This document shows positions 16,422-23,635 of a stretch of 24,000 nt of DNA, piece by piece. Under the pieces are notes generated by a model. It ran no database searches and had not been told where the DNA came from. It saw only the letters and a list, made by a program, of their open reading frames with translations. Both the position numbers and the translations under genes were made by a program. The stretch covers positions 12,291 through 36,290 of the forward strand of contig JAWAEZ010000002.1 of assembly GCA_038890975.1 (NCBI GenBank), given 5' to 3'. This DNA is from Candidatus Woesearchaeota archaeon. GTDB taxonomy: Archaea; Nanobdellota; Nanobdellia; Woesearchaeales; CAIVOO01. Within the stretch, counting starts at the first letter, position 1, and each line of letters opens with the position of its first letter.

Positions 16422-16447
16422 CTCTTTATGCAGCTTTGCATAAAGAG
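16422..16447. terminator. 11-bp perfect stem / 4-nt loop hairpin downstream of 16049..16345
   Basis: CTCTTTATGCA-gctt-TGCATAAAGAG. T-rich sequence follows on both strands. Its function is not established. Confidence 0.3.
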
Positions 16448-16612
16448 GTTTAAAAACTCTTTCTATTTTAAAATATTTATTTTTATTTTATTCATTAATG
16501 TTACTTAGGAGTATAGCGAAAATTTTTGTAGGTTATTAATATTAATTTAGAGAACATTAAAACGCAAGATTTAAATATTTAAAAAATAATTCACTACATC
16601 AAGGTGATTTAT

Positions 16613-16780
16613 ATGGCCTTTCAGTGTAAGAAATGCAAATATAAATTTTCTAACAGGGACCCTTCTAAAAAAGATCCTCCTAGGATTTGTCCTTGGTGTA
16701 ACTCGCTGAATACCGTTGTTACAATAAAAACCGCTGACGAACTCGTAAGAAATGTTGATGATATGCTCGAAGATGCTTAG
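16613..16780 (+). CDS. Small Zn-ribbon protein (55 aa), family not recognised; absent from the supplied ORF track
   Basis: MAFQCKKCKYKFSNRDPSKKDPPRICPWCNSLNTVVTIKTADELVRNVDDMLEDA. It has two CxxC pairs 17 residues apart and an acidic tail. A strong SD, AAGGTGAT (16601-16608), lies 4 nt before the ATG. Confidence 0.55.
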   Translation: MAFQCKKCKYKFSNRDPSKKDPPRICPWCNSLNTVVTIKTADELVRNVDDMLEDA

Positions 16781-17163
16781 ATTAGTGACATCTCTATCTT
16801 TTTAGCGCGCGTTACTGTGTCAAGATACCCCCGAGCATCTTTAAGTTGTTTTACCGACTTTATATTATCTTTTACTTTTTCAAAAAATCTAGTTAGTTTT
16901 TTTACCACCTCATCTTCATTGTCAAATCTTACCACGAGAATATCATCTGCGTCTTCCAGATACTTCTGGTGATATTTTTTTGACATTGCTCTCATTTCAG
17001 CGATCATTTTTTCAGCAAGCTCTTCAGAGTTGTTTATGTTCTGCCTAAAAGATATTTTTCTTTCTTGGCCGTCATCAAAAAATATATTAAATTCTGCTGT
17101 TTCGTCACTAATAGAAAAATCTACAAGCTCGGCTTTTGTTGGTTTTACTGTTATAATTATCAT
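16777..17163 (-). CDS. Hypothetical acidic soluble protein
   Basis: 128-aa ORF (MIIITVKPTKAELVDFSISDETAEFNIFFDDGQERK...). A TATA box lies about 27 nt upstream. Its 3' end overlaps the convergent Zn-ribbon ORF by 4 nt. Confidence 0.6.
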   Translation of the reverse strand: MIIITVKPTKAELVDFSISDETAEFNIFFDDGQERKISFRQNINNSEELAEKMIAEMRAMSKKYHQKYLEDADDILVVRFDNEDEVVKKLTRFFEKVKDNIKSVKQLKDARGYLDTVTRAKKIEMSLI

Positions 17164-17186
17164 ATTTATAATATAATAAAAATCTA

Positions 17187-17194
17187 TTTATAAA
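17187..17194 (-). promoter_or_regulatory. TATA-box candidate (TTTATAAA) for 16777..17163; leaderless spacing
   Basis: Centred about 27 nt upstream of the ATG at 17163. Confidence 0.45.
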
Positions 17195-17301
17195 GATTTA
17201 TATTTAGGAAAATAGTTTTTAGCCCCCTATAAAAAGAAAAAACTTTTTATTTAAATATAATATTAAAAAATTATTTAAATAAATAAAAAATTTAAGTTAT
17301 A

Positions 17302-17595
17302 ATGGGGAGAAAAAACTTTGAGAGAGCATTTGCTGTTATAGAAAAAGAAAAACTTCTTATTGATAAAAAACGTTCATTTCTAACTTTTGAAATGGCTTTC
17401 TTTTTTCCTCTTTTTGCTTTGCTTTTTTTGCTAACATCTCTTTTAATTAGTAATACTATAAAACTGGTTTTTTATATTTTGACATTGGTGATGATAATTA
17501 TTGATCTGGTTTATTCATTTATAGTTTATTTAAAAATAAAAGAAAAAGAAAAAGAGCTTGAAAAGATTCTTGAAAGAGATTTTTCCGCGAATTAG
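17302..17595 (+). CDS. Small hypothetical membrane protein (2 TM)
   Basis: 97 aa with two hydrophobic segments (FFFPLFALLFLLTSLLISN and VFYILTLVMIIIDLVYSFIVYL) and charged termini. TTTAAATA at 17274-17281 lies about 24 nt upstream. Confidence 0.5.
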   Translation: MGRKNFERAFAVIEKEKLLIDKKRSFLTFEMAFFFPLFALLFLLTSLLISNTIKLVFYILTLVMIIIDLVYSFIVYLKIKEKEKELEKILERDFSAN

Positions 17596-17623
17596 AATAC
17601 TAAAAAAATATTAATGCTGAAAA

Positions 17624-17785
17624 ATGAAAACTAAACTAAAAAAGATTATTGGTATAACAGCGATACTACTACTTTTACTTAACCTTGTTTTGTTTTCTTT
17701 TAACAAGTATTCAGAAATTTTATTTTGGATTTTATTGGGGGTAATATCTATTTTATCTTTTACTTTTTTAAAGTTGGTAAAATAA
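17624..17785 (+). CDS. Small hypothetical membrane protein (53 aa, 2 TM); absent from the supplied ORF track
   Basis: MKTKLKKIIGITAILLLLLNLVLFSFNKYSEILFWILLGVISILSFTFLKLVK. I read 53 codons followed by TAA at 17783-17785. It starts 28 nt after the preceding gene's stop. Confidence 0.35.
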   Translation: MKTKLKKIIGITAILLLLLNLVLFSFNKYSEILFWILLGVISILSFTFLKLVK

Positions 17786-17832
17786 ATATTTGTTTTGATT
17801 CAGAAAAAATAATTTGAGAAAATTAGATAAAA

Positions 17833-18651
17833 ATGCAAAAAATAAAAATAAATAATTTTAATCTTCAACATACTCTTGAATGCGGGCAACTTTTTAGATA
17901 TACAAAACAAAATGATTTCTACTTTTTAGTAATCCGTGATAAAATTTTGAAGATTAAGCAAGAGAATAGCATCCTCTATTTTAAAGGAGCGTCTAAAAAA
18001 TTTATAAAAAATTATTTTCGTCTTGAAGAAGATTATGAAAGAATAATAAACGAGTTAAAAAAAGATGTAAAGTTATCATTAGCCATCAAAGAATACGAAG
18101 GATTAAGAATTTGTAGGCAGGACCCGTGGGAATGTCTCGTTTCTTATATATGTTCTTCTGCTTCCAATATCCCCAAAATAAAAAACAATGTTGAAAACCT
18201 CGCTAAGAACTTTGGCAACGAGATAAAATTAGAGGATTTTAAAACATACAGCTTCCCTGAACCTTCTGACATAACAGATTTATGTAAAATTAAAAAATGT
18301 GGTTGTGGTTTTAGGTCCAAATACATCTTTAAAACAGCTAAAACAGTAACCAACGAATGGCTTGAATCGTTAAGAAATATAAGTTACCAAGAAGCAAAAA
18401 AAGAACTTATGAAACTTCCCGGGGTGGGGGATAAAGTCGCTGATTGTGTTTTGTTGTTTTCGTTAGGTTTTGATGAAGCATTCCCGATAGACGTCTGGAT
18501 AAAGCGCATAATGGAAAGATTGTATTTCAAAGGGAAAAAAACTTCAAAGAAAACAATAAGAGAGTTTGCTGTAAAAAGGTTTGGAAACAATTGTGGTTAT
18601 GCACAAGAGTTTTTATTTTACTATGGAAGAAAAAATGAGAAATATAGATGA
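17833..18651 (+). CDS. ogg: 8-oxoguanine DNA glycosylase / AP lyase (OGG1-type, HhH-GPD)
   Basis: OGG N-domain motif LQHTLECGQLFRY. HhH-GPD motif LMKLPGVGDKVADCVLLFSLGFDEAFPIDVWIKR with the catalytic Lys and Asp in the expected places. Confidence 0.85.
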   Translation: MQKIKINNFNLQHTLECGQLFRYTKQNDFYFLVIRDKILKIKQENSILYFKGASKKFIKNYFRLEEDYERIINELKKDVKLSLAIKEYEGLRICRQDPWECLVSYICSSASNIPKIKNNVENLAKNFGNEIKLEDFKTYSFPEPSDITDLCKIKKCGCGFRSKYIFKTAKTVTNEWLESLRNISYQEAKKELMKLPGVGDKVADCVLLFSLGFDEAFPIDVWIKRIMERLYFKGKKTSKKTIREFAVKRFGNNCGYAQEFLFYYGRKNEKYR

Positions 18652-19288
18652 AGTGATAAGAATACTAAAAAAGAATTATAGAAAATTTCAAATTCCGCTA
18701 ACAACAAAAATTTCTCTTAAAAGAGATCCTTACAAAATTTTAATTTCCTGTATTTTAAGTTTGAGAACAAAAGACAGCGCAACTGCAATAGCATTTAACA
18801 AACTATTTTCTTTGGCAAAAAATCCGCAGCAGATGAGCAAGTTAAGAGTTAAAGATATAGAAACAGCCATCAAGCCGGTTAATTATTATAAAACAAAGGC
18901 GAAAAGGATAAAGGAGATAAGTAGCACTCTTGTAAGAAAATACAGCTCCAAAGTGCCTGCTGATTTTGAAGAACTTATGAAACTTAAAGGTGTGGGTAGA
19001 AAAACAGCAAATATAGTTATGGGGTTTGCATTCAAACATCCTGAAGCATTGCCAGTAGATGTTCATGTGCATGTAATATCAAACAGGTTGGGGATTGTTA
19101 AAACGAGAACAGCCAACGAGACAGAAAAGGAATTGAGAAAGACACTGCCTAAGAAGTATTGGCCAGAGTACAACACATTGCTTGTTGCTTACGGTCAGGC
19201 TATATGCCGAACACGTAACCCAAAATGTTGGGAATGTTATATTATTAATTATTGTAGTTATCCTAAAAAAAATTTAAATAGAAAATGA
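18623..19288 (+). CDS. nth: Endonuclease III (Nth), HhH-GPD with a 4Fe-4S cluster loop
   Basis: LISCILSLRTKDS, LMKLKGVGRKTANIVMGF, PVDVHVHVISNRLG, and the C-terminal Cys ladder CRTRNPKCWECYIINYC. The start is ATG 18623 or 18635, and either overlaps the ogg 3' end. The track start at 18581 is unlikely. Confidence 0.9.
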   Translation: MEEKMRNIDEVIRILKKNYRKFQIPLTTKISLKRDPYKILISCILSLRTKDSATAIAFNKLFSLAKNPQQMSKLRVKDIETAIKPVNYYKTKAKRIKEISSTLVRKYSSKVPADFEELMKLKGVGRKTANIVMGFAFKHPEALPVDVHVHVISNRLGIVKTRTANETEKELRKTLPKKYWPEYNTLLVAYGQAICRTRNPKCWECYIINYCSYPKKNLNRK

Positions 19289-19374
19289 TAATATGAGTAA
19301 GAATAATAAAACACAATAAATTATTTTTACATCTCTATTTGTGTATCTTCAATAAAAGAGCAAGAGGCATATTG

Positions 19375-20388
19375 ATGGAAAGCGAAGAAAAAAAATATAT
19401 CTTACTCAAAGGGAGTAGAGGTTTCCAAAAGCTTACTGCTGAATTTTTGATTATTAATATCGCTCATAATATGCAATATATTTTTCTTGTGATGCAAATA
19501 TTGAGTATTTTTAATATAGTAAATTTCAATTTAAATCCTTCTTATTTCCCAGAGTTGAGCATAAGAGGAGAGGTTAAGAAAGTTGAAGAACTTTCTTTTA
19601 ATCCTTTGTATATTTATGGGCATTTTTTGTATGTATTTTATGAAGTAATGAAATCTGTAACTCTTACTTTTGTAGATCACCTCAGACAAAATATTTTTAC
19701 AGGCGGAATAATTGCTATTCTTCTTGTTAATATCTGGCTTGCGTATTCTACAATGAACTATGCTTATGAGAACAAAACAAAACTGAAAAGCAACATAATC
19801 TTTGAGTTAGTTAAAAAAGCGATTAAGGAGGGCAACCCGCTTGAAGATGCCCTTTGGATGATGTTTGTTATAGACATAGTTGTATTTATAACTACCCCCA
19901 CCAAATCCCATATTTATTTTCTTTTCTTTATTTATCTCTTAATTTTAAGTGTTAAGGTAACACCTTTATTATCAAATATGATAATTAATGCTTCTATTGC
20001 ATTTAGAAAGAGTGTTTTTCATAATAAAAAAGTGCTTTTTGTTGTTACAATTCTTGATATAGGTATGGTATATTTTGACTCTAAAAGTATGTTTGCACTT
20101 TTTCTTATGATTATAGTATATACAGGAATAGCAACCTTGGTTTTAAAAATCACTGAAAAAATAAAATTAGTAAATAAAATTATTTTCTATCTTGTTTATA
20201 TAGGTTTTATAGTGTTTTTAGGAAGCATATTTGTAATTTATTGGATTTCTTTTATCCTTGTGACAATCGTGCAGCTTCCTATTTTGATTTATTTTTACAA
20301 AAAGAAGAAGAAATTCATACCTTTATGGCTTATGCAATTAGTTAATTTTTGTTTATTAGCTGTTCTTGTGTTTTTTTATTTTAAATAG
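19375..20388 (+). CDS. Hypothetical polytopic membrane protein (ORFan)
   Basis: About 337 aa from ATG 19375 (MESEEKK). An SD-like AGAGG lies 7 nt upstream. It has at least 7 hydrophobic segments and no recognised motif. The track start at 19339 is TTG. Confidence 0.6.
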   Translation: MESEEKKYILLKGSRGFQKLTAEFLIINIAHNMQYIFLVMQILSIFNIVNFNLNPSYFPELSIRGEVKKVEELSFNPLYIYGHFLYVFYEVMKSVTLTFVDHLRQNIFTGGIIAILLVNIWLAYSTMNYAYENKTKLKSNIIFELVKKAIKEGNPLEDALWMMFVIDIVVFITTPTKSHIYFLFFIYLLILSVKVTPLLSNMIINASIAFRKSVFHNKKVLFVVTILDIGMVYFDSKSMFALFLMIIVYTGIATLVLKITEKIKLVNKIIFYLVYIGFIVFLGSIFVIYWISFILVTIVQLPILIYFYKKKKKFIPLWLMQLVNFCLLAVLVFFYFK

Positions 20389-20522
20389 AGAATAGAATAC
20401 AATTAAATTTAAAATTAATATTGTTTTTAAAGTTTTGTAAGTTTGATAAAAATTTCCCTAGGCGGATATTTTTTTAAAAAGATTTACGGCTATAAAGAAT
20501 TGAAATTTATTAGGAATGGGGG

Positions 20523-21173
20523 CTATCGTAGAAAATTATTTCTTATGAAATTGACCATCACTTGGTTGCCGGCGAGTTCGTAAGCTTTTAACGCATATTC
20601 CACATGCCCTTCTTTGAGGCAAAAATCTCCAAGCTTGCTTAAATTTTCATTATCCCCCGCGAGGTGGTATGCTCTTGCAGCAAGATTAAGGTTTCCATCC
20701 TTCATACAAGTATGCCCTATTTCAGAAAGTCTTTTTGAATCACCAAGTAACGCAAAAACTTCAATAGCAATGTCAAACTTTGCTCTTTCTATGCATTCTT
20801 CTCCTACCTTAGCCAGTTTTTCAGCATCTCCTATTGCTTTAAATGCTTTAGCAGCAACAGACATTGCTCCTTCTTTAAGACATTTTTCTCCTATGAATGC
20901 AAGCTTATCAACAGCACCGGCCCACACATAAGCATCTACTGCGCTACTGTAATTACTCATTCTGCTAAAATCATCGCCTACTTTTACAAGCATCTCTTTA
21001 TTCCTTGTTATTGAGAATGTTTTGAGCGCTTCTGCAAGTTTTCCTTTTTTGAGGTACTCAGCCCCTACTTCGTTAAGAAGCTTATTCCTTGTTTCTTCAT
21101 CAAACATAGAAAGGTCAGTATTCTCAACTCCCCTATTTATTATTGTCTTAACAAGATTTGTGAAATCGCTCAT
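20523..21173 (-). CDS. Helical repeat (alpha-solenoid/TPR-like) protein with six tandem repeats of about 29 aa
   Basis: 216 aa. The repeats can be stacked by eye (see the repeat feature). It is visibly richer in G/C than its surroundings, and a TATA box lies about 26 nt upstream. Confidence 0.75.
   Translation of the reverse strand: MSDFTNLVKTIINRGVENTDLSMFDEETRNKLLNEVGAEYLKKGKLAEALKTFSITRNKEMLVKVGDDFSRMSNYSSAVDAYVWAGAVDKLAFIGEKCLKEGAMSVAAKAFKAIGDAEKLAKVGEECIERAKFDIAIEVFALLGDSKRLSEIGHTCMKDGNLNLAARAYHLAGDNENLSKLGDFCLKEGHVEYALKAYELAGNQVMVNFIRNNFLR
20556..21080 (-). repeat. Six tandem repeats of about 29 codons within the 20523..21173 CDS
   Basis: LLNEVGAEYLKKGKLAEALKTFSITRNKEM / LVKVGDDFSRMSNYSSAVDAYVWAGAVDK / LAFIGEKCLKEGAMSVAAKAFKAIGDAEK / LAKVGEECIERAKFDIAIEVFALLGDSKR / LSEIGHTCMKDGNLNLAARAYHLAGDNEN / LSKLGDFCLKEGHVEYALKAYELAGNQVM. 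The consensus is L.k.G..C.k.G....A.kAy...Gd... Confidence 0.85.
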
Positions 21174-21194
21174 ATTATTATAGAGTAGTGAAGT

Positions 21195-21204
21195 TATTTA
21201 AATA
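21195..21204 (-). promoter_or_regulatory. TATA-box candidate (TATTTAAATA) for the repeat-protein gene; leaderless spacing
   Basis: Centred about 26 nt upstream of the ATG at 21173. Confidence 0.45.
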
Positions 21205-21282
21205 TTTTTTCTTTTATAGTTCTTTATAACTAATATTGAGATAATATTGTTTGTTATAATTTAGCTAAATAAAAAACTTTGT

Positions 21283-21987
21283 TTATAAAAAAGCGAAAAT
21301 TATTTCTGAAACGCCTAATATAAGGAAGAATGTTATTATACCATAAATAAAATAGAAAACATCACCCCTCCTTTCGGAAGGGATAACATCTCTGACAATA
21401 ACATAGATAAATACCCCGAGAGCAAAGGAAAATATGTATATCATTATGTGCGGGAAAGGGGATAGTATAATTGCTAAAAGAGCACCAACAAACACTGTAC
21501 AGGAAGCGATAATCTTACCAGTGATTGTTGATTGTAAGATTTTATGGGCTTCTTCAGATATCACCGCAGAAGAAAATAAATGAATAATAAGAGGGAGTAA
21601 TAATAAATACCCAAGCGTGCTTGTCTTTGCTACGAAAAAGAAAAGAAGAGCATAGCCAAGCATAAGATTGTTTATAATCAAACTTAAAACTCTTAATTTA
21701 AGTAAATTTTTCTGGTATTCTGCTTCTTTCTTTGAATATTGTGAGGTATATTTTTCAAATATGTGTAAAATTACAAAGCCCCATAAAGCAATAAAAAAAC
21801 TATTCATTCCTTTTGAAAAAGACGACTTAATAAGAACTGGAAGCATTACAAGAAATATAGATGTTATAAATAAACCAGCACTGAAACTTACAAGTTTTAC
21901 CTCTATTCTCTTTAGATGATGAAAAAAAGTTTCACTAAAAAAATAAACTAAAGAAAGCGCTACAGCGATTATCAAATAAGCGAGCAT
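21283..21987 (-). CDS. Polytopic membrane protein, possibly a short ZIP-like metal transporter
   Basis: 234 aa with about 7-8 hydrophobic segments. LIIHLFSSAVISEEAH and FIYVIVRDVIPSERRGD loosely resemble ZIP-family H...E and LPE motifs. The family call is weak. Confidence 0.45.
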   Translation of the reverse strand: MLAYLIIAVALSLVYFFSETFFHHLKRIEVKLVSFSAGLFITSIFLVMLPVLIKSSFSKGMNSFFIALWGFVILHIFEKYTSQYSKKEAEYQKNLLKLRVLSLIINNLMLGYALLFFFVAKTSTLGYLLLLPLIIHLFSSAVISEEAHKILQSTITGKIIASCTVFVGALLAIILSPFPHIMIYIFSFALGVFIYVIVRDVIPSERRGDVFYFIYGIITFFLILGVSEIIFAFL

Positions 21988-22009
21988 TAAACTAATAAAT
22001 TTCTTGAAA

Positions 22010-22017
22010 TTATAAAA
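22010..22017 (-). promoter_or_regulatory. TATA-box candidate (TTTTATAA on the minus strand) for 21283..21987; leaderless spacing
   Basis: Centred about 26 nt upstream of the ATG at 21987. Confidence 0.45.
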
Positions 22018-22140
22018 ATATTGCGTTTTTTTTATTAATCTTTATTTTTGATTCATTTTATTAGGCAGTTTAAAGGAAATGAGAATACTAAGAAAAGCAT
22101 AGAATACCAATTGGAAATCGTCAGGATATGTTAAGAATTA

Positions 22141-22168
22141 TAAAAAATAACTGCCTCAGTCGAGGCAG
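22141..22168 (-). terminator. GC-rich 7-bp hairpin followed by a T-rich run on the minus strand
   Basis: CTGCCTC-agtc-GAGGCAG at 22151-22168. On the minus strand it is followed by TTATTTTTTA. It lies 26 nt downstream of the micro-ORF stop. Confidence 0.4.
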
Positions 22169-22193
22169 CCATGGCAAAAACCAAGCAAAGAAT

Positions 22194-22244
22194 TTATTTC
22201 TTTTTCTTTTTTGATGATTTTTTTGCTGCTTTTTTCTTTGCCAC
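22194..22244 (-). CDS. Candidate 16-codon Lys-rich micro-ORF (MAKKKAAKKSSKKKKK)
   Basis: GTG start preceded by AGAGGTGA (22251-22258) with a 6-nt spacer. TTTAAATA on the minus strand (22291-22298) lies about 26 nt upstream of the inferred transcript start. A hairpin plus T-run lies downstream. A/T-tract sequence could produce such an ORF by chance. Confidence 0.25.
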   Translation of the reverse strand: MAKKKAAKKSSKKKKK

Positions 22245-22352
22245 TTATTTTCACCTCTTTAGATTATTTTTGAAAAAGAAAATATTTTGTTATTTAAAAA
22301 ACTTTCTATTTTAGAAAAAATTAATTTAATTTGAAATTTTTTTAGCTGACAA

Positions 22353-23543
22353 TTATAACAAAGGTGTTCCATAATTTCCGTCACAACCGGCCTTTACTTT
22401 TATTTGGTTGTTCCTATTTTTAATTATGAGGTTTGCTATTTTTTCTCCTACGAGAAATTTAATTTTTTCTTCTTCTGCATTCAAAAGCACATTCATTTCG
22501 GTGCCGAAATTATTAACAAGTTTGAAGTATATACTCCAATTTTTTTTTGTAGCAACTTTAGCGCCGCTTCCGAGAGCAATGATTTCCGATAAAGGAAGCA
22601 TACTTTTGAAGGGTATAGCATTTTTAGGTACAAAATTTTCTGGTCTGTCTGCTAATTCTTCAACACGTTGCAATACACCTATAGTAAGAGGTGTTTTACA
22701 AACTGGACAAATATTTTTGATTTTTATTGCTTCTTTTGGAGGGAGACAGACATTGCAATTTCTGTGGCCAGTATAATGGTATTTGCCGTAAGCAGGGTCT
22801 ACTTCAATAGTCATCTTCAATCCTTTCTTTGTTCTTATAGCATTTATTATCTCTTCGTAGTTTAAATCGCATTGAAATACCGTTGCTTCCCTGCCGATTC
22901 TCCACGGCCAAAAAGAATGCGAATCTGAAAAAGAAAGAAGCGATATGTTATCGAGTTTTGAAATTCTCCAATTCATCTGAGGATCAGAAGACATTCCAGT
23001 TTCTATCGCGTGTATGTGCTTTGTTTTTTCTCTAAAACACTCTTCAAGAGAGTCAAAACCTGACATACTACCAAAAACCCCGAACCAAGGCGTCCATGCA
23101 TGCGCGGGTATTACTTCAATATTCTTATCTATTGACATCATCATCTCTACAAATTCTACACAAGAAATTCCAAATATAGGCCTGCCATCGTAATCAACAC
23201 GCCCTTTTTTCTTTAATAATTCTATTATTTGTTCTACTACCCCAAAATTTTCAGCCAGCGTGATAAGATGCACTTTTCTTCCTTTTCCGTTTTGTGAGAA
23301 AACAAGGGAGATTTCAGTTGATAAAATAAAATTCTGTCCAGTTTTTGTTGAATAAATCCCTTTTTCTGTTTCAGTTAGATTTTCTTTTAAATGTTTTAAC
23401 CATGAAGGATGTGTAAAGTCACCCGTCCCAAGAAGATTTATACCTTTTATTTTTGCATATTTTTCTAGATTCTGTATTGTTAAATCCTTGCTGCACGCCC
23501 GGGAGTATTTACCATGTAAGTGAAGGTCTGCGATTATTTCCAT
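22353..23543 (-). CDS. endoQ: Endonuclease Q (PHP-domain nuclease with a C-terminal Zn finger)
   Basis: The N-terminal PHP motifs ADLHLHGKYSRACSKDL, GTGDFTHP, AHAWTPWFG and FSDSHS are followed by YHYTGHRNCNVCLPPKEAIKIKNICPVCKTPLTIGVLQRVEELADR. This matches the EndoQ architecture as I recall it. Confidence 0.75.
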   Translation of the reverse strand: MEIIADLHLHGKYSRACSKDLTIQNLEKYAKIKGINLLGTGDFTHPSWLKHLKENLTETEKGIYSTKTGQNFILSTEISLVFSQNGKGRKVHLITLAENFGVVEQIIELLKKKGRVDYDGRPIFGISCVEFVEMMMSIDKNIEVIPAHAWTPWFGVFGSMSGFDSLEECFREKTKHIHAIETGMSSDPQMNWRISKLDNISLLSFSDSHSFWPWRIGREATVFQCDLNYEEIINAIRTKKGLKMTIEVDPAYGKYHYTGHRNCNVCLPPKEAIKIKNICPVCKTPLTIGVLQRVEELADRPENFVPKNAIPFKSMLPLSEIIALGSGAKVATKKNWSIYFKLVNNFGTEMNVLLNAEEEKIKFLVGEKIANLIIKNRNNQIKVKAGCDGNYGTPLL

Positions 23544-23564
23544 ACATAATTAATTTTGTAGATG

Positions 23565-23572
23565 TTTATAAA
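23565..23572 (-). promoter_or_regulatory. TATA-box candidate (TTTATAAA) for endoQ; leaderless spacing
   Basis: Centred about 25-26 nt upstream of the ATG at 23543. Confidence 0.5.
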
Positions 23573-23635
23573 AAACTTTCTGTAAACATATTAATATGTG
23601 ATTTAGCGTTATTAAAATATGTGTATCTCTAAAAT

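Noticed and set aside
16403-16453. 16-codon ORF (MKNKIETLYAALHKEV) overlapping the 16422-16447 hairpin
   Set aside because: It has no SD or TATA at a sensible distance. The sequence is better explained as the hairpin itself.
18144-19072. Minus-strand ORFs 18144..18353, 18384..18590 and 18842..19072
   Set aside because: They are antisense to ogg and nth.
20614-20931. 105-aa plus-strand ORF
   Set aside because: It is antisense to the repeat-protein gene. The minus-strand frame shows a clean six-fold repeat, which is strong evidence for that frame.
21668-21919. 83-aa plus-strand ORF
   Set aside because: It is antisense to the polytopic membrane protein 21283..21987.
22170-22313. Plus-strand ORF starting at the ATG after the hairpin (MAKTKQRIYFFFFFDDFFAAFFF...)
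   Set aside because: Its Phe-run translation is the mirror image of the minus-strand Lys run. It has no SD or promoter in a sensible position. The minus-strand unit has all the signals.
22404-22865. Plus-strand ORFs 22404..22592, 22408..22776 and 22668..22865
   Set aside because: They are antisense to endoQ.
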